NCBI RefSeq assembly: GCF_006345805.1
Contig: NW_021825069.1
Location: forward strand, 1 to 17,804
Length of the DNA: 17,804 nucleotides
DNA from: Octopus sinensis
Lineage: Eukaryota
Direction of reading: 5' to 3'
The notes under the pieces were generated by a model, which worked only from the letters and a program-made list of their open reading frames with translations, was not told where the DNA came from and made no database searches. Shown piece by piece: positions 1 to 9,956 of the stretch; the first letter of the stretch is position 1, and the number at the start of each line of letters is the position of its first letter. A program made the translations under genes and the position numbers.

Positions 1-50
1 AAAGCTAACCCTCATAACGGAAATTACTGTTTTCTACAATTTATTAACAG

Positions 51-103
51 ATATTGAGGGTGTCTTCATCTTCACAGCTGTTTATGTACATCATCGGAAT
101 ACG
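51..103 (+). CDS. Candidate short internal exon (unverified)
   Basis: Preceded by ttttctacaatttattaacAG (49-50) and followed by GTAAGC (104-109). Two frames are open (ILRVSSSSQLFMYIIGIR or IEGVFIFTAVYVHHRNT). The first frame could splice in phase to 192-237 (ccAG...AAG|GTATGG; CSCEATINVYIKEEK). No homology recognised. Confidence 0.2.
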
Positions 104-438
104 GTAAGCAAATTTAGTAAAATGTCCATGGCTTGACAGTCAAAATATATCTCGCTTATCTTAAAAAGTTCTCTTGAAATATGTCGTCCAGATGTAGTTG
201 TGAAGCTACCATAAACGTTTATATAAAAGAAGAAAAGGTATGGGTGTGTTGCATCATTCTCTGAATGTGGTGACAGATTATAAAAAAATGAAAAGGAAAT
301 ATGTCAGTAGAAATAACGAACTAATTGATTCATCAGAGTTATGCGTTAATTAGTGAATTTAAAGATTAGAATATCGACTCCTAGATTATAAGGTTCACCA
401 CAGAATCTAGTCCTTGTATCGTGGTGTCTTCCATGTCT

Positions 439-526
439 TAATGACCCTGGAAGCTATGACAGCGGAGCAAAAGCTCCTAGTAAGGTCTCCAGAGCTGGAC
501 AGGTCGAAGGATGAATGCCAGACTAA
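439..526 (+). mobile_element. Relic resembling the 5' UTR segment of RTE-clade LINEs
   Basis: Motif order AAGCTATG...GTAAGGTCTCCAGAGCTGGACAGGTC...GA...CCAGACTAA resembles, from memory, the 5' region of BovB/Expander-type RTE elements. Contains hairpin GGAGC-AAAA-GCTCC (464-477). Not database-verified. Confidence 0.4.
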
Positions 527-589
527 TATAAATTTCTTCTTAGAAGTAAAGATGGGTGAGAGTACGGCTAACATTCTCTGCCCTCTTTT

Positions 590-723
590 TTCTTTGCTTT
601 AATCCTTTCTGTCGAAGAGCGTACGCTCGAAACGTTCATGACTTTTCTATTCTAACCAAGCTTTAAACTAATACACCTGTTTGTTACGCTACCTACACCT
701 GTCTTACATTTTCTGTAAATTTG

Positions 724-727
<4 letters not shown>
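590..727 (+). mobile_element. Penelope-like element terminal (pLTR) fragment, copy 1
   Basis: Pyrimidine-rich lead, then a hammerhead-like core (609-636), ~90 nt, then TTTGAACT and (TA)n. Same architecture as 6121-6293. Confidence 0.6.
605..640 (+). ncRNA. Degenerate minimal type I hammerhead ribozyme-like motif (Penelope-associated)
   Basis: CTTT-CTGTCGA-A-GAGC(GTAC)GCTC-GAAA-C-GT-T-CATG. Core CUGANGA has A6->U, there is one extra A, a 4-bp stem II, and a loopless palindromic ACGT stem III. Stem I is only 2/4 paired, so this copy is probably inactive. Confidence 0.55.

Positions 728-755
<28 letters not shown>
727..755. repeat. (TA)n microsatellite
   Basis: Direct reading. Confidence 0.95.
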
Positions 756-758
<3 letters not shown>

Positions 759-1313
759 TTATTTATGTAGTGTCTTAGAATATGTCCCCTTTCCTTTGAT
801 ACTCTCAAAGAGCGTCGTCTAGGGTTTTAGCTCCTTTCAATGACTAAATGGGAAAATTTAATTATTTGAGAGCCTTTTTGCACACATGTATCAATGCACC
901 ACACCTTAACTTCTATATATGTGTTAGCCGAGTATATAAGATGGCTATGTTTATGACGTGCTGGCTTGCTTAATATATGGTATTCAGATGACCGTGCAGT
1001 GAGTGAATGTATGTGTTAGTTTTATATGTGTGTGTATGTCATGTGTCAATACGTGTATTAGATGTTTATAGATACAAGCGTGCGTGTGTGTATGAGTTCC
1101 TTTGTGTGTTTGTCCGTGCTTGTGTATGCTCGTGTGTGATTGCGAAGTATTGCAATATTTAATGTATCTGCTATTTAGGTGACTCTCCGTATAGTAACAT
1201 CTTCCATTAGGTTTCTCTAGAATATGAAATAAGACATAATGCCTCTGCTCTTCTGTTGCCGCCAAATGACAAAGAATCAAATAGATAAACACTACCAAAA
1301 AAAGGGAGATGGA

Positions 1314-1413
1314 CAGAGATAGAGAGAGAGAGAGAGAAGAGAGAGGGAAAGAGAGAGAGAGAGAGAGAGATAAGGTGATGGAGGGAAAGGCAAGAAAAGG
1401 AGGGCGGAGCGGG
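1314..1413. repeat. (GA)n / purine-rich tract
   Basis: Direct reading. Confidence 0.9.
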
Positions 1414-1559
1414 AGGGTCCGTACATTGAATGACATTAGGGTAGAAGGAAAAAAATTCTAAATAAATGTTCGACCATATTACTTATATTCTGATAATTTC
1501 TCCAAGGCTGCCAGGAATTAGGTCATTAAAGATATAACTTTTGGAACAATTACAAACCT

Positions 1560-1562
<3 letters not shown>

Positions 1563-1598
<36 letters not shown>

Positions 1599-1626
1599 TC
1601 ACACACACGCACACACACACACACGC
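1563..1626. repeat. (CA)n microsatellite
   Basis: Direct reading. Confidence 0.95.
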
Positions 1627-2186
1627 ATACTCACGGACATACACATACGGACATATCGGTGCATACATTTATTTGTAAACGTTTACAATTTATGTATTTG
1701 TATATATATGTAATATATATGTAGATGTTTATACACACCTGTATATATATATATATATATACAGGTGTGTGTGTGTGTTTTGATTTCTGGATTTTTCCAG
1801 TTCTGACAACAGATTGCTTAAAACAGTCCATACCGAGTCTCAAGAGGAGAGGCATAAGACGAGCTGATCCCGGAATATAACGTCAAGTGCAGGGAGATCT
1901 GTCAAGATCTCTACTGAATGAATGAAATATGGCGAAGACAGGCCTGAAATGAAATAATATTAAAGCTGGAAAGATATATAGCATCATGCGATATACACGG
2001 AAAATAAAACAAAGAACAGAAAAAAGAACACAAAAAAAATAACCAAGCTGTATGGATATACTTATATTAAATGTGCAATAGAAACGTCAAAGCGAGATCC
2101 GCTCCCGAAGGGTTAAAAAGCTTTTAAGAAAGCAGATAGTTGATTTCAGCCTACCGAATCAATTAGAATGACTGACTGCACGCTCC

Positions 2187-2269
2187 TACACACACACACA
2201 CACACACACACACCACAACAGCACACACACACACAGAGGAAACATACATATATACGTATATACATATAT

Positions 2270-2314
<45 letters not shown>

Positions 2315-2378
2315 ATACATATATATATAATATATATATATATTATATGTATCTATATATGTATGCATATATATATAT

Positions 2379-2412
<34 letters not shown>

Positions 2413-2425
2413 ATATATATATATG

Positions 2426-2456
<31 letters not shown>

Positions 2457-2489
2457 AATTATATAATGTATAATGTAATGTATAATGTA

Positions 2490-2536
<47 letters not shown>

Positions 2537-2673
2537 ATATATACTTAGATATAATGCATACTTTATGTATATATATATATATATATATGTGTATATGTGT
2601 GTGTGTGTGTGGTGTGTGTGTATTATGTATATATATATTTGCATATATATGTACATGTGTATTAAATATATAT

Positions 2674-2706
<33 letters not shown>

Positions 2707-2844
2707 CGTATAATACTATGTATATATACTTTTGTGGATTTGTGGATGTGGATGTGTATGTGTATGTGAGTGAGTGGTGCGTGTGTATGTGTGTGAGTAT
2801 ATTTATATGAGTTGAGTATATGAAAAAAGAACAATAAGCGTCAT

Positions 2845-2890
<46 letters not shown>
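2187..2890. repeat. Compound (CA)n/(TA)n/(TG)n microsatellite field with a short TAATG(TA) run near 2463-2490
   Basis: Direct reading; accounts for all YI/HT/CV-rich ORFs here. Confidence 0.95.
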
Positions 2891-2891
<1 letters not shown>

Positions 2892-3062
2892 GAGAAATTC
2901 AGACCCACACGGTCTCACACATCGACAAACACAAGATGCAACAACACTAACGTTACATCAAATAAGATAATAAAAAACCAAAAAAGACCCAAAAAACAAA
3001 ATAGAAACGCATCAACTTTTATATGGAACCAGTTGTGTACAGAATTTTATAACAATGAACAA

Positions 3063-3253
3063 TTGATATTTGTGTGGAGAATGCATGGCTAAAAAATTAC
3101 AGAACACAGAATATAGATTTGTAATGAGCTAGCGTAGAACCGAGCAGAAACACTCCAAATTGAAGCTTGTTGGTGGCATTTGAAACGATACGAAACACAA
3201 CTATGCACGGACACGCAGAAATACATGCAATCTTGAGAGCATTTGTTTGGAAA
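3063..3253 (+). pseudogene. Possible decayed Merlin (IS1595/ISXO2-like) DDE transposase C-terminal fragment
   Basis: 3150-3188 reads TLQIEACWWHLKR (family pattern T-x-x-IE-x-x-W-x-x-LKR). After a frameshift, 3203-3253 reads MHGHAEIHAILRAFVWK (pattern HG...L..F.WR). Upstream 3063-3086 reads LIFVWRMH in frame with the first motif. Internal stops are present. Confidence 0.4.
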
Positions 3254-3530
3254 ATAATAATAGAAAAAAAAAGACGTATTATCTATGAATACTAATGTAT
3301 CTGTTTGTAGATATGTGAATAGAGATCTAATGCTAGAAGAATTTGGAATAAGTTGGCTGGATTTTGACGGTTTACGGTTCAAATATAATCTGCTTCTGTT
3401 AAAATATATTCTTTTTTTTAAATTTCAGATAAATTCTTCTTGAAGAGAGAAAACTAGGAATAGATTCAAGAAAATAGTTGAATAACCTGTGTTAGATCGC
3501 GATAGATGCATACGTACATAAATACACACA

Positions 3531-3847
<317 letters not shown>

Positions 3848-4237
3848 AATACAGTATAATCAATACAGACACACACACACACACACATATACATATTAAT
3901 GTATATATATATACACACAGACATATATATGCAACACTCACATACACACACACACATGCACGCATACACACATATATATATGTTTATGTTATGTTTATTC
4001 TAATATTCCATGCAAGTATACGGTGATCAGCTATCAAAAGTTAAGTAGATTTCACTTCCTCAATGCTAATATATGCTAATATATGCAAATATATTCGACA
4101 ATAAGCGAGGCGAGACATTTTCGCACTGCAATATTTTGTGTTCTACCAAAATTTCAGTCTTTTAATAATAGCGATTTAATGTGGTAGGCACTGGAAAAAA
4201 AAAAGACATCCATGGTTATGTAGCGTATTGTCTCCAT

Positions 4238-4363
4238 GCGCTTCCCAACCACATGGTTCCGGATTCAGTCCCACTGTGTGGCAACTTGGGCGTCTTCTAT
4301 TATAACCTCGGGCCGACTAAAGCCTTGTCAGTGGATTTGGTAGACGGAAACTGAAAGAAGCCC
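4238..4363 (+). mobile_element. SINE family 1 (tRNA head + CORE-like domain), 5' half only
   Basis: CCACATGGTTCCGGATTCAGTCCCACTGTGTGGCAACTTGGG...CCTCGGGCCGACTAAAGCCTTG...GGAAACTGAAAGAAGCCC aligns with 9821-9956, 14745-14900 and the reverse complement of 6595-6750. Confidence 0.9.
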
Positions 4364-4375
4364 AGGTATATATAT

Positions 4376-4578
4376 TCTTTTATCTGTTCCAGTATTTTGC
4401 CTGCGGCCATGATGGAGCACCGCTATTAGTCGAAGAAATCAACTCCAGGATTTATTATTTGTAAGCCTACTACTTATACTATCGATGTCTTTTGCCGAAC
4501 CGCTAATTTGCGGGGACGTAAACACACCAACATCGGTTGTCAAGCGATGGGGAGGGGGTACAACACAGACACACAAAC
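4376..4578 (-). mobile_element. SINE family 1, 3' half in inverted orientation
   Basis: Colinear with 6321-6525 (GCGGCCATG.TGGAGCACCG...GTAAACACACCAACAT.GGTTGTCAAGCGATGG), but opposite in orientation to the adjacent 5' half. Confidence 0.9.
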
Positions 4579-4770
4579 GTATATATATATACACGTATTC
4601 TTAAACGAAAGATGTATTCTTAAACGAAAGTATCTAATGCTAGGTTAAAAATTTTTTTTCTCATTCACGAAACACTTAGCAAAGTACTAAAGTTGTTACG
4701 GCACACCATTTCATTTTTGAAAGTTTTATTTCATGTCTGTCTGTCTGTCTTTCCGTCGTCCATTCATCCG

Positions 4771-4776
4771 TCTATC

Positions 4777-4843
<67 letters not shown>
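4771..4843. repeat. (TATC)n array
   Basis: Direct reading. Confidence 0.95.
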
Positions 4844-5050
4844 CATCATATGTATGCATAAGTTCCGCGTTAAAATCATGGCCAATTACATAATAGCTTT
4901 CTCAGTATACATACTTGTATATAAGATGTTTGTGTATATATATATATATATGTGTGTGTGTATGTGTGAGAGAGAGAGAGAAGAGAGCGAATTATATATG
5001 TATATTCGGAAAGTCACTCACAAATACATATATATGTATATATATATATT

Positions 5051-5083
<33 letters not shown>

Positions 5084-5640
5084 GGTTGATTAGATAATAG
5101 ATGTATAGATCCACATACAGAGCTAGAAAGTGGTCGGTTTTGTACGAAGGTTTGTGCGCAGAGACGGCCGACCAGCTGTCTTTCCCTTGGTTTCGGTTCA
5201 TCAGCCAACGATATCTAATGTCTAACAACCTTCAAGATAATTACTCTTCTTTCGAGAAAATCTCGTCGGGAATTGACGTCTCAAGTATATCAACTGTAAT
5301 ATTTGATGCAGCAGCAGTAGGCACATATTAAATAGACACAAGCTGAACAAATGATTAGAATCACGCTAGACGGATCAATAGATCGATAGATTACGTAAAA
5401 TGACTAAAACTACTAAAATAGTTTTTAAAATTAACCGATTTTCTCTTATTACTGTAGTTAAACACACAGAGAGACATCACATTTGTACAGACATGCGTGT
5501 GCAAATGCAGATGTGCGTTACACATATTTCACAGGAAAGATATGGGCACATAAGCAAACGCTTACAATTGCATGTAGGATTGTGTGTGTGTGTGTGTGTA
5601 TGTGTGTGGTAATAATGATTTCAAATTTACGCACAGGACC

Positions 5641-5803
5641 AGGAATTTCAACCCAAATACTCAGCTGGTACTTATTTTAGAGAGCCCGACATGATAAAAG
5701 GTAATTTCCACTTCGGCGGAATTTGAACTCAGAACGTAAAAACGGACGAAATGCTGCTAAGTATTCTGTCCGGCGTGCTAACGTTTCTGCCAGCTCACCG
5801 TCT
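5641..5803 (-). mobile_element. SINE family 2 (tRNA-derived), copy 1
   Basis: Minus strand reads ...GGTGAGCTGGCAGAAACGTTAGCACGCCGG (A-box region)...GAGTTCAAATTCCGCCG (B box)...AAAATAAGTACCAG. Aligns with 5829-6035. Confidence 0.88.
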
Positions 5804-5828
5804 CTTATACGCTCAAACTATCAGTTGC

Positions 5829-6035
5829 AAATTTCGGCACAAGGCCACCAGTTTCGAAGAGAGGGGGTAAGTCGATTTGATCGACCACAGTGCTCGCTTG
5901 GTACTTATTTTATCGAACCCGGAAAATAAAAGGTCAAGTCGACCGCAGCGGAAATTGAACTCAGAACGTAAAGATGGACGAAATGACGTTAGGCACTTTG
6001 TCCAACATATCAACGATTCTGCCAGCTCACTGCCT
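5829..6035 (-). mobile_element. SINE family 2 (tRNA-derived), copy 2, tandem to copy 1
   Basis: Minus strand reads GGCAGTGAGCTGGCAGAATCGTTG...GAGTTCAATTTCCGCTGCGGTCGACTTGACC...CGATAAAATAAGTACC...GGTCGATCAAATCGACTTACCCCC...GGCCTTGTGCCGAAATTT. Confidence 0.9.
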
Positions 6036-6120
6036 TACACTCACAAAATATCAACATAAATGCCTCCGTTCACATTTACCTACATATAGATATGTGTGTG
6101 CATGAATGTGCGCTTATGCA

Positions 6121-6293
6121 TATTTTCCCTCTTTGGGCTTTTCCCTTTCACATTTTCGATGAAGAGCTATGCTCGAAACGTCAAACTCTCTCCTTTCACC
6201 ATCAAGCGTCAAGCTTATACATTTCTTGTGAACGTCTCTTGTTTGTTAACTTTATAATTCGTTTATTTGAATTGATTGTTTATTTGAACTGAC
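6121..6293 (+). mobile_element. Penelope-like element terminal (pLTR) fragment, copy 2
   Basis: Pyrimidine-rich lead, hammerhead-like core at 6156-6182, then ~100 nt ending TTTGAACTGAC and (TA)n. Parallels 590-727. Confidence 0.6.
6153..6185 (+). ncRNA. Minimal type I hammerhead ribozyme-like motif (Penelope-associated)
   Basis: TTT-TCGATGA-A-GAGC(TAT)GCTC-GAAA-C-GTC-AAA. GUC triplet at 6180-6182, 3-bp stem I (TTT/AAA), 4-bp stem II, palindromic ACGT stem III. Core positions 3-4 read UC instead of CU. Confidence 0.6.
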
Positions 6294-6320
6294 TATATAT
6301 ATATATATATTCTCCTCTAG

Positions 6321-6521
6321 TCTTTTATTTGTTTCAGTAATTTGATTGCGGCCATGCTGGAGCACCGTCTTTCGTCGAACAAATCGACCCCATGACTTAT
6401 TCTTTGTAATCTTAGTACTTATCCTATCGATGACTTTTGCCGAACCCCAATGTTATGGGGGCGTAAACACACCAACATTGGTTGTCAAGCGATGGTGGGG
6501 GCACAAATATTGACAAACACA

Positions 6522-6591
<70 letters not shown>

Positions 6592-6747
6592 TACGACGGG
6601 CTTCTTCCAGTTTCCGTCTGCCAAATCCACTGATAAGTCGTTGGTCGGCCCGAGGCTATAGCAGAAGACACTTGCTCAAGGTGCCACGCATTGGGACTGA
6701 ACCTGGAACTATGTAGTTGGTAAGCAATCTACTTACCACACAGCTAT

Positions 6748-6750
<3 letters not shown>
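6321..6750 (-). mobile_element. SINE family 1, near full length, with internal (CA)n(TA)n microsatellite
   Basis: Head (6595-6750), microsatellite and 3' half (6321-6525) are colinear on the minus strand. (TA)n runs lie close on both sides. Confidence 0.93.
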
Positions 6751-6836
<86 letters not shown>

Positions 6837-6860
6837 GTGTGTGTGTGTGTTGTGTGTGTG
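6751..6860. repeat. (TA)n then (TG)n microsatellites
   Basis: Direct reading. Confidence 0.95.
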
Positions 6861-8016
6861 TAACGCATATATACAAATAGAAATACGCAACGTTGCGGAA
6901 AATCCAGAGGAAAAGAAAAAATAGAATTCAATATATGACGTAGAGTAACATTATCGAATTCGTTTTAAAATGTAACTTCACAAATTGAGACTGAGTTACA
7001 CATCAGCGATTTTCAAGCAATTATAATTACATTAAATTAGCAGATTTTTCTGAAATACATTCGAAATAATAACCATTGAATACGAAATATATTGTAACAA
7101 ATGTAAACTTTTCAATTTTCCTGAAGCTTTTAACTGCATTACCCCTCTTTATCCAAATTCACTGCGAATCCATTTTAGTTAAGATTGAATCAGCATAAAA
7201 CATTCTCTCCATATATTCTTTAATTGTTATCGTAGTTAAGTTAGTAGTAGTAATAATAATGTTAATGATAATAATAACAATGTCAACAACAACATTGTTG
7301 TTTTCTAGGATTATGGAAGAAAATAATTAGGATTTTAAAGGATACGATGCAATTAAATGGAATACGACTTGAATATCTCAAGTTTAATGTAGCTTTTTAT
7401 ACATCATTAATGTATTGGTTTCTCATGGAGTAAATAAACTGCACTCTCCACTAATTGTCTCTCCCTCCCTTCTTCCCCTCCTTTCTCTCCCCTCTCTCTC
7501 TCTGACACAAAGTTTCTCTGGTAGGATTCCTCCGCTTCTTTTGCCTTACATTTCTTTCTTTACTTCTTTACTCGTCTCTCTATTAACACTTTCTTATCTC
7601 TATTTTATCTCACTTTATATCTCTCTTTCTCTCGTCTATTCTCCTCCCCCCTCTTTTCCTTCTCTCTCCTGTCTTGTCTTCTCTTTCCCTAACTCTATCT
7701 TCCACTCGCTCTCCCTCCCCCCACAGGCGCTCTCTCACTTTACTACTTAATCTCCCTCACATTAACTTTCGCTCCGTCTGGCTGACAGTCTCTGCCGCTA
7801 TTCATTTGCTCATCCGCCTCTCTCCGCTCTAATAACTCGTCCTATTCCCCCAAATAGGACAATTACTCCATACAAACTGGGTCATGTCAAACGGTTTACC
7901 AAACATACATAGCAATCAACCTCCAACACAACAACATAATAATGCGTGCACTTCGTGCTGCTTTCGCTTCAAAGCAAAAACCTGCACTTGCAGCCTCACT
8001 TAAGCCTTATCAATCG

Positions 8017-8024
8017 CTACTACT

Positions 8025-8081
<57 letters not shown>

Positions 8082-8231
8082 GTATTGAAGTCCAGGTAGA
8101 TGCTCTGCGACATATTTCCAATGAAGTATAAAAAAAAATTGAACAATAAATACATTAATAACAACAATAACAACGAAAACAACAATAACAATAGTAATAA
8201 TAATAATAACCACAACAACAACAACAACATC

Positions 8232-8285
<54 letters not shown>
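8017..8285. repeat. (TAC)n at 8017-8080 and (AAC)n/(AAT)n at 8156-8285
   Basis: Direct reading. Confidence 0.95.
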
Positions 8286-8546
8286 TCTTTCTTTATTGGC
8301 CACAAGGGCCGTACACAAAAGAGAGGAATATACAAGAAAAAGTACTAATAATGCAAAAATATTCAAACAGTAAAAATTCCCCTAAAAGGGGTAGTGTGCT
8401 CCACCCAGGGGCTACCAACAGCCAAAGAAACCTGCTCATCGCAGACACGCCGAACGCCAAAGGCAGGTCGGGCGGGCACCTCGGGCGAGGCAAGCCCCTC
8501 TCCCATACCTTCCCTTCCGGCCCACAGGCGCGTGCCCAGTGCAGAC
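8232..8546 (-). mobile_element. Probable 3' end of a non-LTR retrotransposon with an (ATT)n tail
   Basis: Minus strand has a GC-rich body, then a T-rich segment, then CCCTTGTGGCC-AATAAA-GAAAGA-(ATT)n. AATAAA maps to 8292-8297 and the tail to 8232-8285. Clade not determinable. Confidence 0.5.
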
Positions 8547-8549
8547 AAA

Positions 8550-8666
8550 TAATAACGATCATGATGATGATGATGGTGATGATGATGATGGTGATGTTGT
8601 TGATGGTGAAGATCGTGATGATGATGATAATAATAATAATAATAATAATAATAATAGTAGTGATAA
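8550..8666. repeat. (ATG)n and (AAT)n trinucleotide repeats
   Basis: Direct reading. Confidence 0.93.
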
Positions 8667-8868
8667 TGGCACATACATCGATTTGGAACAATAATGGGAG
8701 GGAGAATCGAAAAGACGAAAGGGGGTGGGGGTGAAAAGCCACTGAAGAACAGCAAAACACTTAATGCTTTCACAGTATATTCTTTGATGTTTTTCTCCCA
8801 CTCGTTTCCCACCCCACCCCTTCGCTGTCACTGTGCAGCTCTCTTTCTCTCCCCTCTCTCTCTTTTTG

Positions 8869-8899
<31 letters not shown>

Positions 8900-9066
8900 T
8901 AGTCTGTTTGGCTGTCTGTCTGTATCACTGCCTCTGCATATTTCAGTTGCGTCTCTCTCTCTCTCTCTCTTCTTTATTTCTCCCTCTCACTCTCTTTCTT
9001 TTTCTCCCTCTCTCTCTTTCTTTCTCTCTCGCACACTCTCTCTCTCTCTGAGTCTGATTTTTATAG

Positions 9067-9114
9067 AATCATTCGAAGACTTTCGCAAAACACTTCAATT
9101 CATCCCAACCCGGC
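9067..9114 (+). CDS. Candidate 48-nt symmetric (phase 1-1) exon (unverified)
   Basis: Long CT tract and tttttatAG (9065-9066); donor GTACGT (9115-9120). Open frame (E)SFEDFRKTLQFIPTR. No homology recognised. Confidence 0.25.
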
Positions 9115-9145
9115 GTACGTGTAAACTTCCCTCACCTTACTTTAC

Positions 9146-9162
9146 GACTACTACTACTTCTG

Positions 9163-9208
<46 letters not shown>
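9146..9208. repeat. (ACT)n trinucleotide repeat
   Basis: Direct reading. Confidence 0.95.
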
Positions 9209-9820
9209 CGTTGGTGCTGCTACTTCGACTAATGAATGACGGGGCCAACCCTTCCATCGTCACTAGTTTCATGTTTAACGAAGCGATCAAACCCTTAAGA
9301 TTTATCTCAAGAAATAAAAACGTCAACAATCTGTCATCAGAAAACTCAATTTTCTCTCTCTTTTTTTCTTGGTATGCTCCTTCCTCTCCCCTTTTCGCCT
9401 TTCTCTGTATCCCCTTTCCTCTCTTTTTCCTTTTCCTCTTCTCCATTTTCTTCCTGTCGGTTTCCCTCCAATTGTATTTCACTGTCCAACACCGTATCTC
9501 TTATTCATTATCTTACAAATTAATTTTTTTTATCAGTTTCTCTGCCACTCACTGCCTAGTCTTCTTTCATCCACCCCCATTTTCCATATGCTCCCCTCTA
9601 TTTTTGTCCCCCTCTCCTCATTCAATATCTTATTCTATCGTGGTCTCCCCGTTTTCTTTTCTCGATTCTTCGCTGAATTATTCTCTTCTTCATTTACATA
9701 AAACCAATACTTTTTTGCCCCATTCGTCATATCTCATTGGTTCCATAACTCATACCACCTTTCTACTCGCTATCTCTCCCTCCATCTCTCTCCCTCTATC
9801 TATCTATACCTATATTAATT

Positions 9821-9956
9821 GGCGCAGAAGTGGCTGTGTGGTAAGTAGCTTGCTTACCAACCACATGGTTCCGGGTTCAGTCCCACTGCGTGGCATCTTG
9901 GGCAAGTATCTTCTACTATAGCCTCGGGCCGACCAAAGCCTTATGAGTGGATTTGG
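9821..9956 (+). mobile_element. SINE family 1, 5' head only (3'-truncated)
   Basis: A box TGGCTGTGTGG (9831-9841) and B box GGTTCAGTCCC (9874-9884). GCATCTTGGGCAAGTATCTT (9893-9912) resembles the CORE-SINE motif ACCTTGGGCAAGT. Confidence 0.92.

Noticed and set aside
3059-3100. TIDICVENAWLKNY resembling a piggyBac D..V.NAW motif
   Set aside because: Single short match bounded by stops with no supporting piggyBac motifs; the Merlin reading of the same region has more colinear support.
3311-3458. Possible two-exon C-terminus YVNRDLMLEEFGISWLDFD/DKFFLKREN*
   Set aside because: Needs a weak GTTTAC donor and a 59-nt intron, and lies beside a probable transposon relic.
5165-5204. Minus-strand CTGATGA...GAAA hammerhead-like string
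   Set aside because: No U-H cleavage triplet follows the possible stem III, and stem I cannot form.
5101-5331. 76-aa non-repetitive ORF, and minus-strand VDILETSIPDEIFSKEE* segment
   Set aside because: No recognisable homology or convincing pair of splice sites; compatible with chance.
6886-6897. Perfect 12-bp palindrome CGCAACGTTGCG
   Set aside because: About 4 perfect 12-bp palindromes are expected by chance in 17.8 kb (17800/4^6), and there is no supporting context.
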